Shown here one piece after another: positions 38,738 through 50,860 of a stretch of 64,000 bases of DNA (its first letter is position 1; the number at the start of each line of letters is the position of its first letter). Position numbers and translations under genes: made by a program. The DNA is from Hydrolagus affinis (lineage: Eukaryota), in contig JAAILG010000469.1 of assembly GCA_012026655.1 (NCBI GenBank), forward strand, positions 1-64,000, written 5' to 3'. Under the pieces are notes generated by a model, which made no database searches, was not told where the DNA came from, and worked only from the letters and a program-made list of their open reading frames with translations.

Positions 38738-41677
38738 TTCTTTACAATAGTAACAGCACTGGCTTCCGTAACCTCTGGCTAAATGATTCCATCTCCACTT
38801 GTGTTTGTTTTAGCTTCTTCACACCATTAATTCCACTGGGCTCATTCTTCTGGCAAGGTTATCTGCTTTCTTCTTGGAAGAATACATTTTTTTTATATAA
38901 ACTCATTTTTTGGGGAGTCGGCCCGGTGTCTGATACGTGTGGAAACCATCACCATGCTTAAAAATATCCAGGCTAAACGGAGATAGATAAAAGAGCACTT
39001 TGAAGCTGATCAAAATCCTTTGCATTAGCTTTACTTTTAGAAGTGCTCCGAATGGGCAGATTCCTTGTCTTCAATGTATTGAGACATTTCCTATCCCTTG
39101 TGGCAATTGAAGTTGCAGCTGACATTTTGTACAAATGAAAAGCTTACAGAAGATTTCATCCTATTGTTGTTGACCATAATCTTCCGGGGTTTTTCAAAAC
39201 AAACCTAGCCTGTGTTGATGGACATTTGTCTGCATGATATTGAATGTGATTACACCAAATTTCTGCTCCTTCCAGTCAGAAAGGATTAGATCCGATTAAC
39301 AATCACTGATACGACAGCACTGGGGAAAGCTGGGGCACTGCGAGATTTATTGTGGCTTAAGGGATCTGTGTTTCACTGGACTGTCAGAAGCGTACTGGTA
39401 AAGACAATCAGCTGATTATTGAGAGAACTTCCTGCAGTGAGACTGTCGCATCTGTGGCGATTTGGATAAAATTGACAGAATAAGGGAAAGTGACAAGAGG
39501 AAGGATGGCTATTATCAGTAATTTAGGGATTGCATCACCAATTAGGTAAAAAAAAATGATTTCAATTATGAAGAATGCAATAAGGCCATTTGTTTGCAAT
39601 TGTCTACATTCTCATTAGAGTAGTTATAAGACTGAATATTCTGTTTAAGAACACTGTATAGAAAATGCCTAGATTCCAATTTGAACTATTAGTAATCATG
39701 TAATTGCATGCTGTACTGTACGTCTATTCTTATTTTGGTACATTTCCAAGTCACATTTTGTATTCGTGTTCTTTTTATAACAGATAAATGAAGTACCGCA
39801 TGTGACGGATTTGTGTAGACAGAAACACACAGGCAGGCAGGGCCACAAGGGCAAGGTGGAAAGGATGAGAGAGCATGAAGAGGGAGGAGGAGCCTAACCT
39901 TCCTCAGGCTGGCATCAGGCACAGACACAGAATGCTGATGCAGATCTCCTCACAGGGGAAGAGGAGTAACCACCTTTTTCCATTTGCTGATGCATTTTTT
40001 TTCCCCCTCCGCAAACAATTGATTTCATAAGAAAAATAAGAAGAGACTTGGAAGGCCAGAGTTGGAATGTTATAGGATTTTATGCTACGAATAACAAAAT
40101 AACACCTCTAGTAGTCCTCAAAAGGATGGGCATCATTCAGCTTGCTTAAAGCACTGTACACAGTAGGTGTGGCTTTCTTCTATGCCTTTCAATGTTTGAT
40201 GAATTTGTGATTTGATTTGCTCGTTAATGACAGATTATGGGTTGGTGCTCCTGTTATGCTCTGTGTTGACAGTGAACATGCAGAGTGAATGCTCAGACAG
40301 GCAGCAGAAGGGTGTGTGTGTTTTTTAATCTGCATTGTTAGAGATAGATCTGCAGTTTCCGGGATCCAATGACGAGACAGGTCAGCAGGTTGTAAAGGTC
40401 AGTACCGTACACATCCTGTACACCAATCTACCTCGTGTTAGTGTTTCAATAAGGGTACAAACAGGTTAATGTACTGCATCTGTGGTAGATCGCTTTTTAT
40501 ATCTATTGAGCAATTGAATTGAAAGTGAATGGAAAGCTGTGTATGTGAAAGCTGGAGATTGAGGGACTGCAGTACAATGTGTTTATTCCAAGTTGGGTGG
40601 AATTATCTTATTATTAGTCTTACTGAAAGGTTCTGATTATATGGTGTTAGGTGAAGGTTGAGCTGTGCAGTAAATCAAATATTTACAAGCAGTCTGCATA
40701 CTAATACTTATTTTTTGTACAACATTATTTTTTAAAGAAATACAAAAGAATTCCTGTTGTCTTTACAGCATTGGCCTGCTTGAACAAATCTTGATTTTTT
40801 GGCTAAATAACTTGTGAGATAAATGGCAGTAGGATGAGCCCGGATAAAACAACGTAGAATACCTGATAGTCGATAACTCCTTTTAGTGCACACTGAGGTA
40901 CACAGAATCATTTTCTCTAGCATAACGCACAGTTATACTGTATGACTAATTTTCTTTACAGCATGCAGTTTAACGGTCTAACTCATGCAGGCTGCTGTCG
41001 CTCCTTCAAATGCTAATCTGTTCATTGTTGAACTCTGAAGTCGTGCTTTGAGCTCTCTAAACACTTTTAAATTCCACTGGTATAAATAGAAAGTATGTTT
41101 GATACAGTAATTGCAGCTCAATTCAATGGCCTCCCAAATGTACACACAACTGATATCTGTAAAAAAAAAATTGTGGAATGCACCACCACAGCACATGCCT
41201 TCAATGATGTTTTAATTGTAAAACAGTTTAATCCTAATGAAAGTAACATGATGCATCCTTAGTGACAATCTTGCTGAAGATTAGATTATGAAGAAAAAGC
41301 ATGTTGCCACTACATAAAATATTTAACTACATTTTTGGCCTATTTGGGTAATGTTATTTTGATTGGAGCCAGTTTCTGTTTGGTTTCACTTGCCTGCTAC
41401 GTAGCTGTTGTTTTGAACAGTTTTTGAATCCCTCTATATATAGTACTTGGCTGGAACTTTTGAAACTGAAACAGTCTCATAGGATAGGATAAGCAACACA
41501 CTGATATTTTAATTAAACGCAGGCAGCTAGAGTTTGTTTTTTATATATAAAAAACCTTCATGAAATAGAATTCTTCCTGTATATCAGCATTCTTTTCTAA
41601 AAGTCCTATGTCTCAACTGCTCTTTGGTCCACTTCATGCGCTTTGACCATCTGAGGTTTATCATAGTCTTTATTTAC

Positions 41678-41986
41678 ATAATAATAATAATCCTTGCATT
41701 TGATGTAACGCTTTTCACATCTTCTAGATGTCTCAAAGCGCTTCACAGAATATACTGTAAAGTTAATTGACTGTATACTTATGGGTGAAACACGGCAGCT
41801 AATTGCCACAGCAGTGTCCCACAGTGGGTTGAAATAACCAATTTTATTATTGTGTGTGTTTTTTTTTTAGGGATTATTATTAGACGTCTGGGGTAAGGAA
41901 ACTTGCCTTTGGTTTCGATCTGACCTGCCTGGATTTGAACACGGGTCTCACGCTTGTAAGGCGAGTGCCCTGAGCTACAGGACTCT
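41678..41986 (-). mobile_element. Full-length tRNA-derived Deu-type SINE
   Basis: Reverse-complement copy of 38425-38737 with a small deletion in the A box. Confidence 0.9.
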
Positions 41987-42595
41987 ACATTACATGAGCA
42001 ATCTATTCTAATGAGAGCTGCTCTCATCTGCAGGGTGACACTCGCGTTCACCTTTTCTATCTGTTGTCCATGCTCCATTCTACAGAATATACCAGCTGGC
42101 TCAACGATTGGGTAGAATGATGTCTCAATCTTGAACAGTTCCTTGTTTTAATTTTCATGATTGATGTTTACCTTACGTTTTAATGCATTTAACAATTATC
42201 CAGATTCAGAATCCACCAATAGAAATCCCGATTGAGAAGAAAACATATTCAGAGGAAGATGAGGCAGATTATCTGAGGGTATTGCTGGCTCATGCTTCAT
42301 AAGAAAATGTCTGTTGCACAACTATTAATCTGAAGATCATATGTGGGATTCCCCATTTCCGTCAAGACCACATAGGAAACCTACCATTAATCACAGCACC
42401 AGCTGCAAACACGCAGGTTTACTGCATGTCTTGAATGTCAACCATTTTGGTTGTGGACAAATTTGAGCATAGTTTATTTTGGACTGAGTACATAGATCTG
42501 TTGAGGAAAAGTAATGGATTTGTTTATCATTTTGCATTCATTGTTTTTCATTTAAGTGATATGGTTGCAAAACATTTACATTTTGCTGGTTCATA

Positions 42596-42613
42596 GTGTG
42601 TGTGTGTGTGTGT
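42596..42613. repeat. (GT)n microsatellite
   Basis: About 9 GT units. Confidence 0.85.
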
Positions 42614-42629
42614 ATATAAAGCTAAAATG

Positions 42630-42810
42630 CAGTCAAACCCATCTTCAACAACCTCTCAGAGGCCTCGTCCAAAGTGTCTTTTATATGAGGGTGGCCACTG
42701 AGTAAGGGTATGTTGATGTGTGAAAACACACTGAAAGGGCTGTTCCAGGCTGGTTGTATGTAAACAGGGGGTGGTTGCTGAATTGGAAGTGATTGCTTGA
42801 ACAGGTTTGA
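42630..42810. mobile_element. Decayed Tigger-like MITE
   Basis: CAGTCAAACC left end and GGTTTGA right end form a short degenerate TIR. Confidence 0.35.
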
Positions 42811-45800
42811 AGGCAAGAGCTTTACATCCTTTAAAATGCTCTTTCAAGTTCTTAATATATTCAGCAATAACGGGATAGTATCTATCCCACTCTCCATAAT
42901 CTTAAGTGTAGATGACAATCTCAAGGTGTATATCATAGTACAGTTAAATTTAAAGACATTTACTCACATTCTATTGTTGGATGTTTGACCTGACCAAAAG
43001 TGTTTTTGGACATGGAATGCTACTTTATGTCAACTTTGAAATTAATTCTGCCATTTTTTTTGGAATTCCAGTAGAATTGTTCCAGTCATTCTTTCAGTCA
43101 CAGTCTGGCAGACCCAGCAAGTCTATTTCTTGGTGCCTGTGCTATTCTGTCCGACCTAGGCGACTTGGTAAAATTAATGATTTGTAACTTGGATACATTT
43201 AAGACCAGAAGAGGTCAATTTTGTCCTTAAACTGATATTTTACATGAAATAATAAACTGCAGCCACAAATTCTCTTCAGTTATAACGTTTGTTTAGAGAC
43301 TAAGCTGCGAGCCATCTGAAATGACATCCTTAGGGCTTTTGGGCAGAGTTATCTTTGGGGTTGTAATCGTTGAACTTTTTCATGCTGAAAATTTTATTCA
43401 GTCCAAAAGTATGTTCCTAATGGCAATCGCGAAGATCCAAAACCTCTGTGGTATTTCAATACAATAGATATGAGAAAGATGCATTCATGTATATAAAATT
43501 AAATTATCTTCCTTCAACTTGTCATCAAATATCATCAAGATGTAACCTACAGCTTTGACAACAGCTTAACAACAGCTTAACTGGAAGCCTTCAGTGAATG
43601 ATCAATAAATTCCTTCACTTCTGCTCATGGACACTATTTCATTATTGCATATGTTTATGTTGCAATTTTCAATATGCACCATCTTCTGTTTTTCACTACT
43701 TGTACAAATGAAGGGTTGTCCATTAGTAGGATTGGGAAAGGAAAACTACTGCATTATATATGAGCATTGATCATTCACTACAGATTTTCAGACGAGGTGA
43801 AGCTGGGACACAATATTGTATATGTGTGTTACTGGAGCTGAGGGTAAATTGGTTAAATGAAGATTATTTTTGACTACATGATAAGGTGTTATATCAAATG
43901 CAGTAGTCATGTGTTTATATATCTAATGCTGTAGTCATATTTAACCTTAAATTGCATGTAAATAGTCCAATATAGACATTCCCCAGTTTATCTTAAGATG
44001 ATTTGAAAGACTGATTCATTTAAGATGGAACTGTCCAGGTCACTCACTTAAATTGCAGAATATTGATATTCATTCTTTCCAAGTGAGCTCCTGTTTTGCC
44101 TTTCAGCTGTCATCCACTAATTTGGATCATTTTCTTTCCAAATACTTAAAGGTGGATTTCCTGTTTTTCGAAAGGATTTTCTTAGTACCTCTCATCAATC
44201 CCTGACAGCTGAGCCATTTCTATAGTGCACTGGCATTTTGTGTCCAATGTGCACTGAAGATTAATGTTAGTTTAATTTGTAATTCATTTGAGCAGCTCAA
44301 CAGGGCTTCAGAATAGTGTATAACTTAAGTTCTTCATGTAGTGGAACAAATTCATGTCATATAATAAATGTAAGAATATACTCTGAAATTGATGAACCGT
44401 CAAAATCACCACAAGGATCCTGGAAATGAGAAGCCAGTTTTATAAAAACTTTCAAAACTTACAGGAAGGCAGCCCTTCTACTTTTTTGTGCAATTGTATC
44501 TCAACTACTTACAATACAGGGCAATTTACTTTTATATAGTGTCATAGGATATCTCAATGCACTTGAACCTGCTGGCTGTGAACCCAAGCTGGAGCCACGG
44601 GGGGTTGGGGAGGAGAACAATTACTGAAAAAGCATCGTAGGGATTCACCTTGAGACAGGCCTTCAATGAGCAGAGGGAGCTTGTGATCAGAGGGATTCTG
44701 AGATGGAGTGCTGGGTTTAATCCTAATAATTTAACAGTTCTGCATATCGTTTGGAAAATGAGCATTTATGCTCTATACTTGACCTTCTGTGTAACTTCCA
44801 CAAAACAAGTAGATCTGCCTAGAAGCGACCATACAAATTTCCCCTCCATAATCCTAAGAGTTGGGAAGCCATCCCCAGTTCATTTCTGAGCTCTTCAAAT
44901 AGTTTGACCTGCAGAAGAGTAGAAAGAATTGTTGCTTTTGATATGAGTTGGATCAACCTCAGGATCCTCGTGACTTCTTTTAGCATCATAAAAATGTCCT
45001 AGAATCCTTCTAAGTAAAATCACAAATTTGAATCCATGTCCTGCGAATCTTGAGTGCAGGATGGGTATTGTGAGGAAGGGTGGGAAGGGTGGCAATGAAA
45101 ACATTTCACTGGAGGAATTATTGAGCCTAATGTATTTGATTTACTTTTTAAAAATAAACATTTAGCCCTTCTTGAGTAAAAGATCTAGCATGACAGTGTC
45201 CACAGTGATATTCCTGATAAACCCCTGGTTAAAGTACACAGAGAGCTCTTTTTATCGTTCAGAAAGGAACAGAAACAGCAGGGAATTCAAAGCCTTAACA
45301 TGGCCTCCGGGTTCAAATAATATTCAGAAGCAGGTTGAGTTTTGCTCCTGTAGTTTGTGATATGTCAATTGAATTCTTCCATTGATACTTCCTGCTGGGA
45401 GTATATATAGATGCATCTTTGCATTTTATAAAGCATTTTAGGATTTGTTCTATTCGTCCTCTTACATTAAGATGCACTTGTGTCTCTACTGATTCTTTCC
45501 ACCCACTCACCTAGATAAGTCTACCTTGGTCTCAGTGCTTTGTAGGCTTCTTTGATCACATCTTGTTCAGTGAGGGGAATTATTGGCTATCCATTCCAAT
45601 CCTTAGGACTCCAGGCACACTCTTGAGAGTCACACTAATCCCTCCTGATAGTTTTATCCAATTTACATTACATGGATTTTTTCATCACATCCTTGCGACT
45701 TGTATCCATCATGTCAAGCTGATTATATCTTTATCATTAACATTAAATCCTCTACGCATATCAGATGGAGTGTAAAACATCTGCTGTGGCCAAATCATGT

Positions 45801-47129
45801 ATATTAACCAGAGTCTCCACAGAACAGTTCCTGTGGCAACAGTGTAAATGGTTCCATTCCCACACCAGCTATTTCCGAATTAAACTGACAATTAGTACTA
45901 GTTTTGTTTTGCTGTGGACTTGCACTCACTGTGATGTGGTTTCTCATTGTCCAAGCACATTTTATATGGGATCTTTAAGCTTGAAAAGCTATCAATGACA
46001 ACAACAAAATAAAATTTGTATAGTGGCTTTCACGTCGGGAGGACGTCCCAAGGTGCAACGTCATTATTCTACCACTTGCAAACTGTTTTACAGAATTTAA
46101 GATAGAAATGCAGGCATTTTGAGGACAGTTGGACATGCAGTAATATCTGTGCCACTGCCACCTTTTTTAACATCCTTTTCTATTTGTTTTACTATATTAT
46201 AGGCTATTTATAACTATGGCCGGGGTTTAGAACCTGCCATTGAAACAATCATTCGACTTCCCACACCACTGAACTCATACATTACTGTTACATTACTCAA
46301 AGGCTTTCCGCCCTGTACCTAATTGAAAGTAAAACTCTAAGACACATCTGTTCAGTGGTATTTTGTGCTCTGCTTAATGCCCTCCAGCCGTACAGTCACC
46401 TGCCCCTTTGTGGATCAACCTAATACTGGAGTCAAATTAACAGTGTTTCTTAACCAGATGCAAATCAAAGCTTTTCTGGGTTCATCATGTTAACCTGTGA
46501 GTATTTCACTATGACATAATCTGCTTCTGGCGAGCATTGTACTGGGATTGCTTATTTTAAGCACTTTTGAGAGAGGGGGATGCTAACATTGCACAGGAAT
46601 GATGATTGATTTCCAATGGCCCTCACCTCCATCATTACTGCAGCTATTCACAGCTAACTCAGTTTGGCAATGCACTGTGCTTGAGAGTTGGCTCATCTGT
46701 ATGCATGACTTAATGGTACATCTCACAGTGCGTTAATCCACTGAGCCATGAAAGAACTTGTAAACCAGATACAGTATAATGTTATATTTAAAACTGTAAT
46801 GGTGAAAAGTCAGAAGGCTATGTGCTTCTTTCATTTGGTTCATTTAAAGAGCCCATTAATCTCTCTGGACATTCAGCTTGTCTTGGCTCACTGCAAGGAA
46901 CCATAACATGAAGCATGGAGACTGCGAGATGATAGTCGAGCCAACGTTTAATATTTAAACACTTTTTCTTCTGTTTGGATAAAGAAGAAAGAGACCCACA
47001 ACAACAAGTTGTATTTATATAGCACCTTTCGCTTTGGTAGAATGTCCCAACATGCTGGACACTTGAGGATTTGCACCTCGGGAGGGGTGGAGGTGATGAT
47101 GGATGGTTGGGGGCAACTAACCAAATTAG

Positions 47130-47330
47130 AAGACAAAGGTTTAGCAGTATAACAAGCCTGTTCTGTTTCAGGACAGGTGCCAGGAAATATTTCTTTACCC
47201 AAATGGTAACTAACAAACAGAACAGATTATCAAGAAAGGTGCTCGTGGCTTGATGTTGTGATAGGCTGGCTGGGTATTCTGGAAGGCTGAAATGAAATGG
47301 GCTGAAGGGCCTCATTCATCTGAACCTCTC
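47130..47330 (+). mobile_element. CR1 LINE 3' fragment
   Basis: FRTGARKYFFTQMVT...NRL remnant followed by AATGGGCTGAAGGGCCT 3' UTR motif. Confidence 0.7.
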
Positions 47331-47728
47331 TTTGCTGTGTAACAATCTGTTTTCTGCAATTAAAGAGATGAGTAGGCAACTAAATTGAACTACTGTACTG
47401 AAGAATGGAGCGCAAGTGAAATGGATGGAAACCTAGTAAATTGTTGAATAATTGAGAAATTCAGATGAGAATGAATGAGGTTTGGAAGCAATGCAATATG
47501 AGAGAAAGCAAAAGAGGTTGGAGAGTGCAAAAGATTTTTTCTTTGGAAAAGTGGAAATGCAATAAAGATGGGAAGAAACAGAGCCAGTGAATCACTCTGC
47601 AGTATATGCTCCATCTTGTGTTCCTCACTGGATAACCAACAGTGAAACGAATGCTGCCAGTCTCAAAATAGTGGTTTTAGCATTTTAAAGCTATCATCAT
47701 AAGTTATGTATTTTTCTTCCAATTGCAG

Positions 47729-47845
47729 TTAGAAAGACACCAACAGCGACTTGGCACAGCAGAAGGAGGCTCTGGAATTTAAGGCAGTGATTCAACCAAA
47801 GGAGTCTCAGGCGACAAATCACACTGATAATCAGGGATAACTCAG
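47729..47845 (+). other. Candidate 117-nt cassette exon of the AKAP6 5' UTR
   Basis: tttttcttccaattgcag acceptor, perfect CAG|GTAAGT donor, purine-rich body, no ATG, 381 nt upstream of the first coding exon. Confidence 0.5.
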
Positions 47846-48269
47846 GTAAGTTTGCAAACCAATAACCTTGAGGCCAAGCAGCAAGGAACGATTGGTCAGG
47901 TCAAGAATGAGTAAGTAGATAAAGATGATCATTTGGAATTCTTAAAAAAGGGCTAATCCTCGACCTACCCCTATGATCTGCTAACCTTTTAACAACTTGT
48001 CTGTCACTCCGCTCAGTAGGCTTCAGTCTGCTCCACGTACCCCTCCCAGCCCACTTCACCATCTTGTGACATTAAGAGAATAAAAGCATGTTACAGAACT
48101 GAAAGTAATAGATCTCACACAATCAAAATCAGATGAGTTTGAATTTTTTGCCTCCACTCTACCTATTGAAACATAATTTTTGTATTTTATCAGTTTATTT
48201 TTGTGCTATTACGTATTTCTCTGCAGCTATACCTAAAAAGATTGCAGTGTGGATTTAATCCAGATAGCC

Positions 48270-48581
48270 ATGAGCATCTTACTCTCTCCCGTGAGGAACC
48301 AGGAGTTGGATCCCATGGCAACTGACACATCTCCCATGGTAACGAACATGACCCCAGTGGAAGAGCCTGAGGGTAATGGAAGCATGAAGACGCTTGACTC
48401 CAGCCAGCGCTATGAGAAGCCTCCACCGCTTCACACAGGGGCAGACTGGAAGGTGGTTCTTCATCTGCCAGAGATAGAAACCTGGCTACGCATGACGTCA
48501 GACCGCGTTCGAGATCTTACCCATTCCGTGCAGCAAGATGCTGATAATAGACACGTCGATGTGCACTTGGTGCAGCTGAAG
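48270..48581 (+). CDS. AKAP6: A-kinase anchor protein 6 (mAKAP alpha), first coding exon (exon spans 48227-48581)
   Basis: gccATG; 104 codons MSILLSPVRNQELDPMATDTSPM...YEKPPPLHTGADWKVVLHLPEIETWLRMTSDRVRDLTHSVQQDADNRHVDVHLVQLK; ctgcag acceptor at 48226, AAG|GTAAGA phase-0 donor; upstream in-frame TAA; follows ARHGAP5 as in other vertebrates. Confidence 0.96.
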
Positions 48582-49269
48582 GTAAGAACTAAAGAGAGAT
48601 GTTCTGCTCATTGTTCTGGATTTGTCCTCCAAAGGAACTATATTGCCTTTGGAATTGACATACGAGGTTAATTGAAGTTACTTTGTTAAATTGCCATTAA
48701 ACGTAGGTATGAACAACAAGTTACGTTTGTATAGCGCCTTTCATGTTGGGAGAATGTCCCAAAGCGCTGGACAGTCAAGGATGTGTGCACAAGCTGGATC
48801 AGAAGAGTTGGAGGGGAGGGCAGGGAGGAAATAAGAAAATTAAAATAAGATAAACAGACTTGGAAATGTGAATTTCCTGGTTGATTTGTGGCTTGTTCAA
48901 TGCAATCAGATGCAATTTACTGCAGCATTGAGAGGGTATCAACATGGAGGTGGAGTTTTAGCAGCTGATGTTGTTGGTGAACCAGTGGTTCAAAGTGGTG
49001 GTTCACAAGCAGTGCAGCTTGTGTTGTTCAGCTTTGGCAGCTGGCAAATTAGACGTGTGAAAAAATTACAATCTATTAAGAAGGAAAAGTACTTATTTGT
49101 TTGCAGATGCATGATTTCTAGGACAAAAATCAGCACTGTGCTCTGGTCTGTCAGTAGTGAAATAGACTTTGAAGTGATCCTCTGGTTAATCTCCTGCAAC
49201 AATTTAATTAAAAACAAATAAATTGTTCTTCTGATGGCTGAGTTGGTCAATATAACAATATAACCCATG

Positions 49270-49600
49270 GTGTGAACATGGACTTGGTGTGATGGACAAA
49301 CCAGGAAAGCTCCAGTTTGGATCTTTATTCTTTGCTGTAGATCATATTATTTGAGCCATTCATGGGCAACTTGTTGACCTCAGTGTTCCTTGCTGGGGAG
49401 AGCAATTACAAACCCAGGAATTCCTGTTCCTTTTTGCTGTTCAGCGCCCCCTGCTTTCAGAAAATTGATGTGTGGATGGTTGAGGAAAGGATCAGGTTTG
49501 GCTATGGCGCTCCTATAGCTTAAAAGTCTATGGATACTCATTGTCTGTGCTCAAACATGCAACCAAGTCACTTGGGTGAAATTTAAATGACTGTTGGGCC
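49270..49600 (+). mobile_element. Old SINE-like interspersed repeat (copy 1 of 3)
   Basis: Loosely similar by eye to the reverse complements of 50570-50860 and 60550-60760. Confidence 0.5.
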
Positions 49601-49614
49601 TCATTGGGTGGTAA

Positions 49615-50040
49615 TTTTGTACTTTCTCATCTGGATTTACGGCTTTGCCCCCTCCTACCTCTCTGACCTGACCCTAAATCACCTTGTCTGTGCCCCCGTT
49701 CAGCAGGCTCTGGCCTGCTTCCATTCAGCAGCCTCTGGCCTGCTCCATATCTCCCACCCGACCCGCCCTACCATCGGTAGCAGGGCTTTCAGCCTCTCTG
49801 CCCCCACTCTTTGGAACTTCAGCTCACTTGGGCTCCCTCCCTTGCATCCTTCAAGACCCTCCTTTTTGACCATGCCTTCAGCTATCCCCTAACTCTCTGC
49901 CCTCCCTCATGCCAATCCTGCCCCATGCTCAGATCCTGACCCCTGACTGTTCAATGCTTGAAACAATGACTGTCCAGCGCCTTGGGACGTCCTCCTGACA
50001 TGAAAGGTGCTCTACAGGTGTAATTTTGTTGTGGTGGGTG
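49615..50040 (+). mobile_element. L2 LINE 3' end
   Basis: GFAPSYLSDL...PTIGSRAFSLSAPTLWN, then CAGCGCCTTGGGACGTCCTCCTGACATGAAAGGTGCT and TTGTTG tail. Confidence 0.88.
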
Positions 50041-50569
50041 TTGGATTCCATAGAAACTGACCTGGTCGACTGTTTGAAAGGTGATTGTGAGCCTCAACTT
50101 ATCATTCCAGCTAGGAATGGAACATTCATTGTGGTGCTGGTAACAGAAATGGAGGCATGTGCAAATAGACCAAAATCATAAACAAATCCTTAAAATAGGC
50201 TTGTAATCCCTCAAGGAGAATATTTTCTGAAGAACCATTCTATAATTAGTGGTTATTTCTGATTAGAAGCAGGTTGACACGATTGCCGGATAATTGTTCA
50301 AGCAATAGAATACAATAAGTCATTCAATCTTTAATCCAATTGGTAAGTTTTAATATCCTGCTGCTTTAAATGACTATAGATGGTTTTGCTACATTAATCT
50401 TTCTGGAAATTATCCGGAATGAGTTTCACATTCCAGATACCTCAGGGTATGTTTTATTCTAATTGCTCTGCTGATTTTCTTACATTTATCTTAAGTACAT
50501 ACATTACTTTCCTTGCCTGTTTTCACTTCCGTCTCCTATTCCTTTATTTCTATCTGAGACCCTTTTGAA

Positions 50570-50860
50570 TCATGCCTTGTTGTTTGACTTCAAGTCTAAC
50601 CTGAGAAGGTCGTTACATCTGACCCCTATCCTAGCTTCAGCCAAAATCCATGCATTGTCAACGGAAATGGCTAGATAGCTAGCAATCAGCAGCATTGCTA
50701 CCTGATCCCCCACTTCCCTAATCTGGGTTAACGATTATAGCACCAATTGCTTTTGCTCAAATCAGCTTGCTCAGCAAAGGCCTGAAATGGATCCTGGGGC
50801 CTTCCCAGGCTGTATGTCTCAGCTGTTCACCAGATAAACTGACATCCATCAGATGAAGCA
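50570..50860 (-). mobile_element. Old SINE-like interspersed repeat (copy 2 of 3)
   Basis: Diverged antisense similarity to 49270-49600 by eye. Confidence 0.4.

Noticed and set aside
46818-47315. Longest ORF in the track (165 aa, minus strand)
   Set aside because: Runs across a CR1 relic and an L2-type tail; no recognisable protein
48249-48671. 140-aa ORF as a complete protein
   Set aside because: Starts at a GTG upstream of the real ATG (48270) and reads through the donor at 48581 into intron
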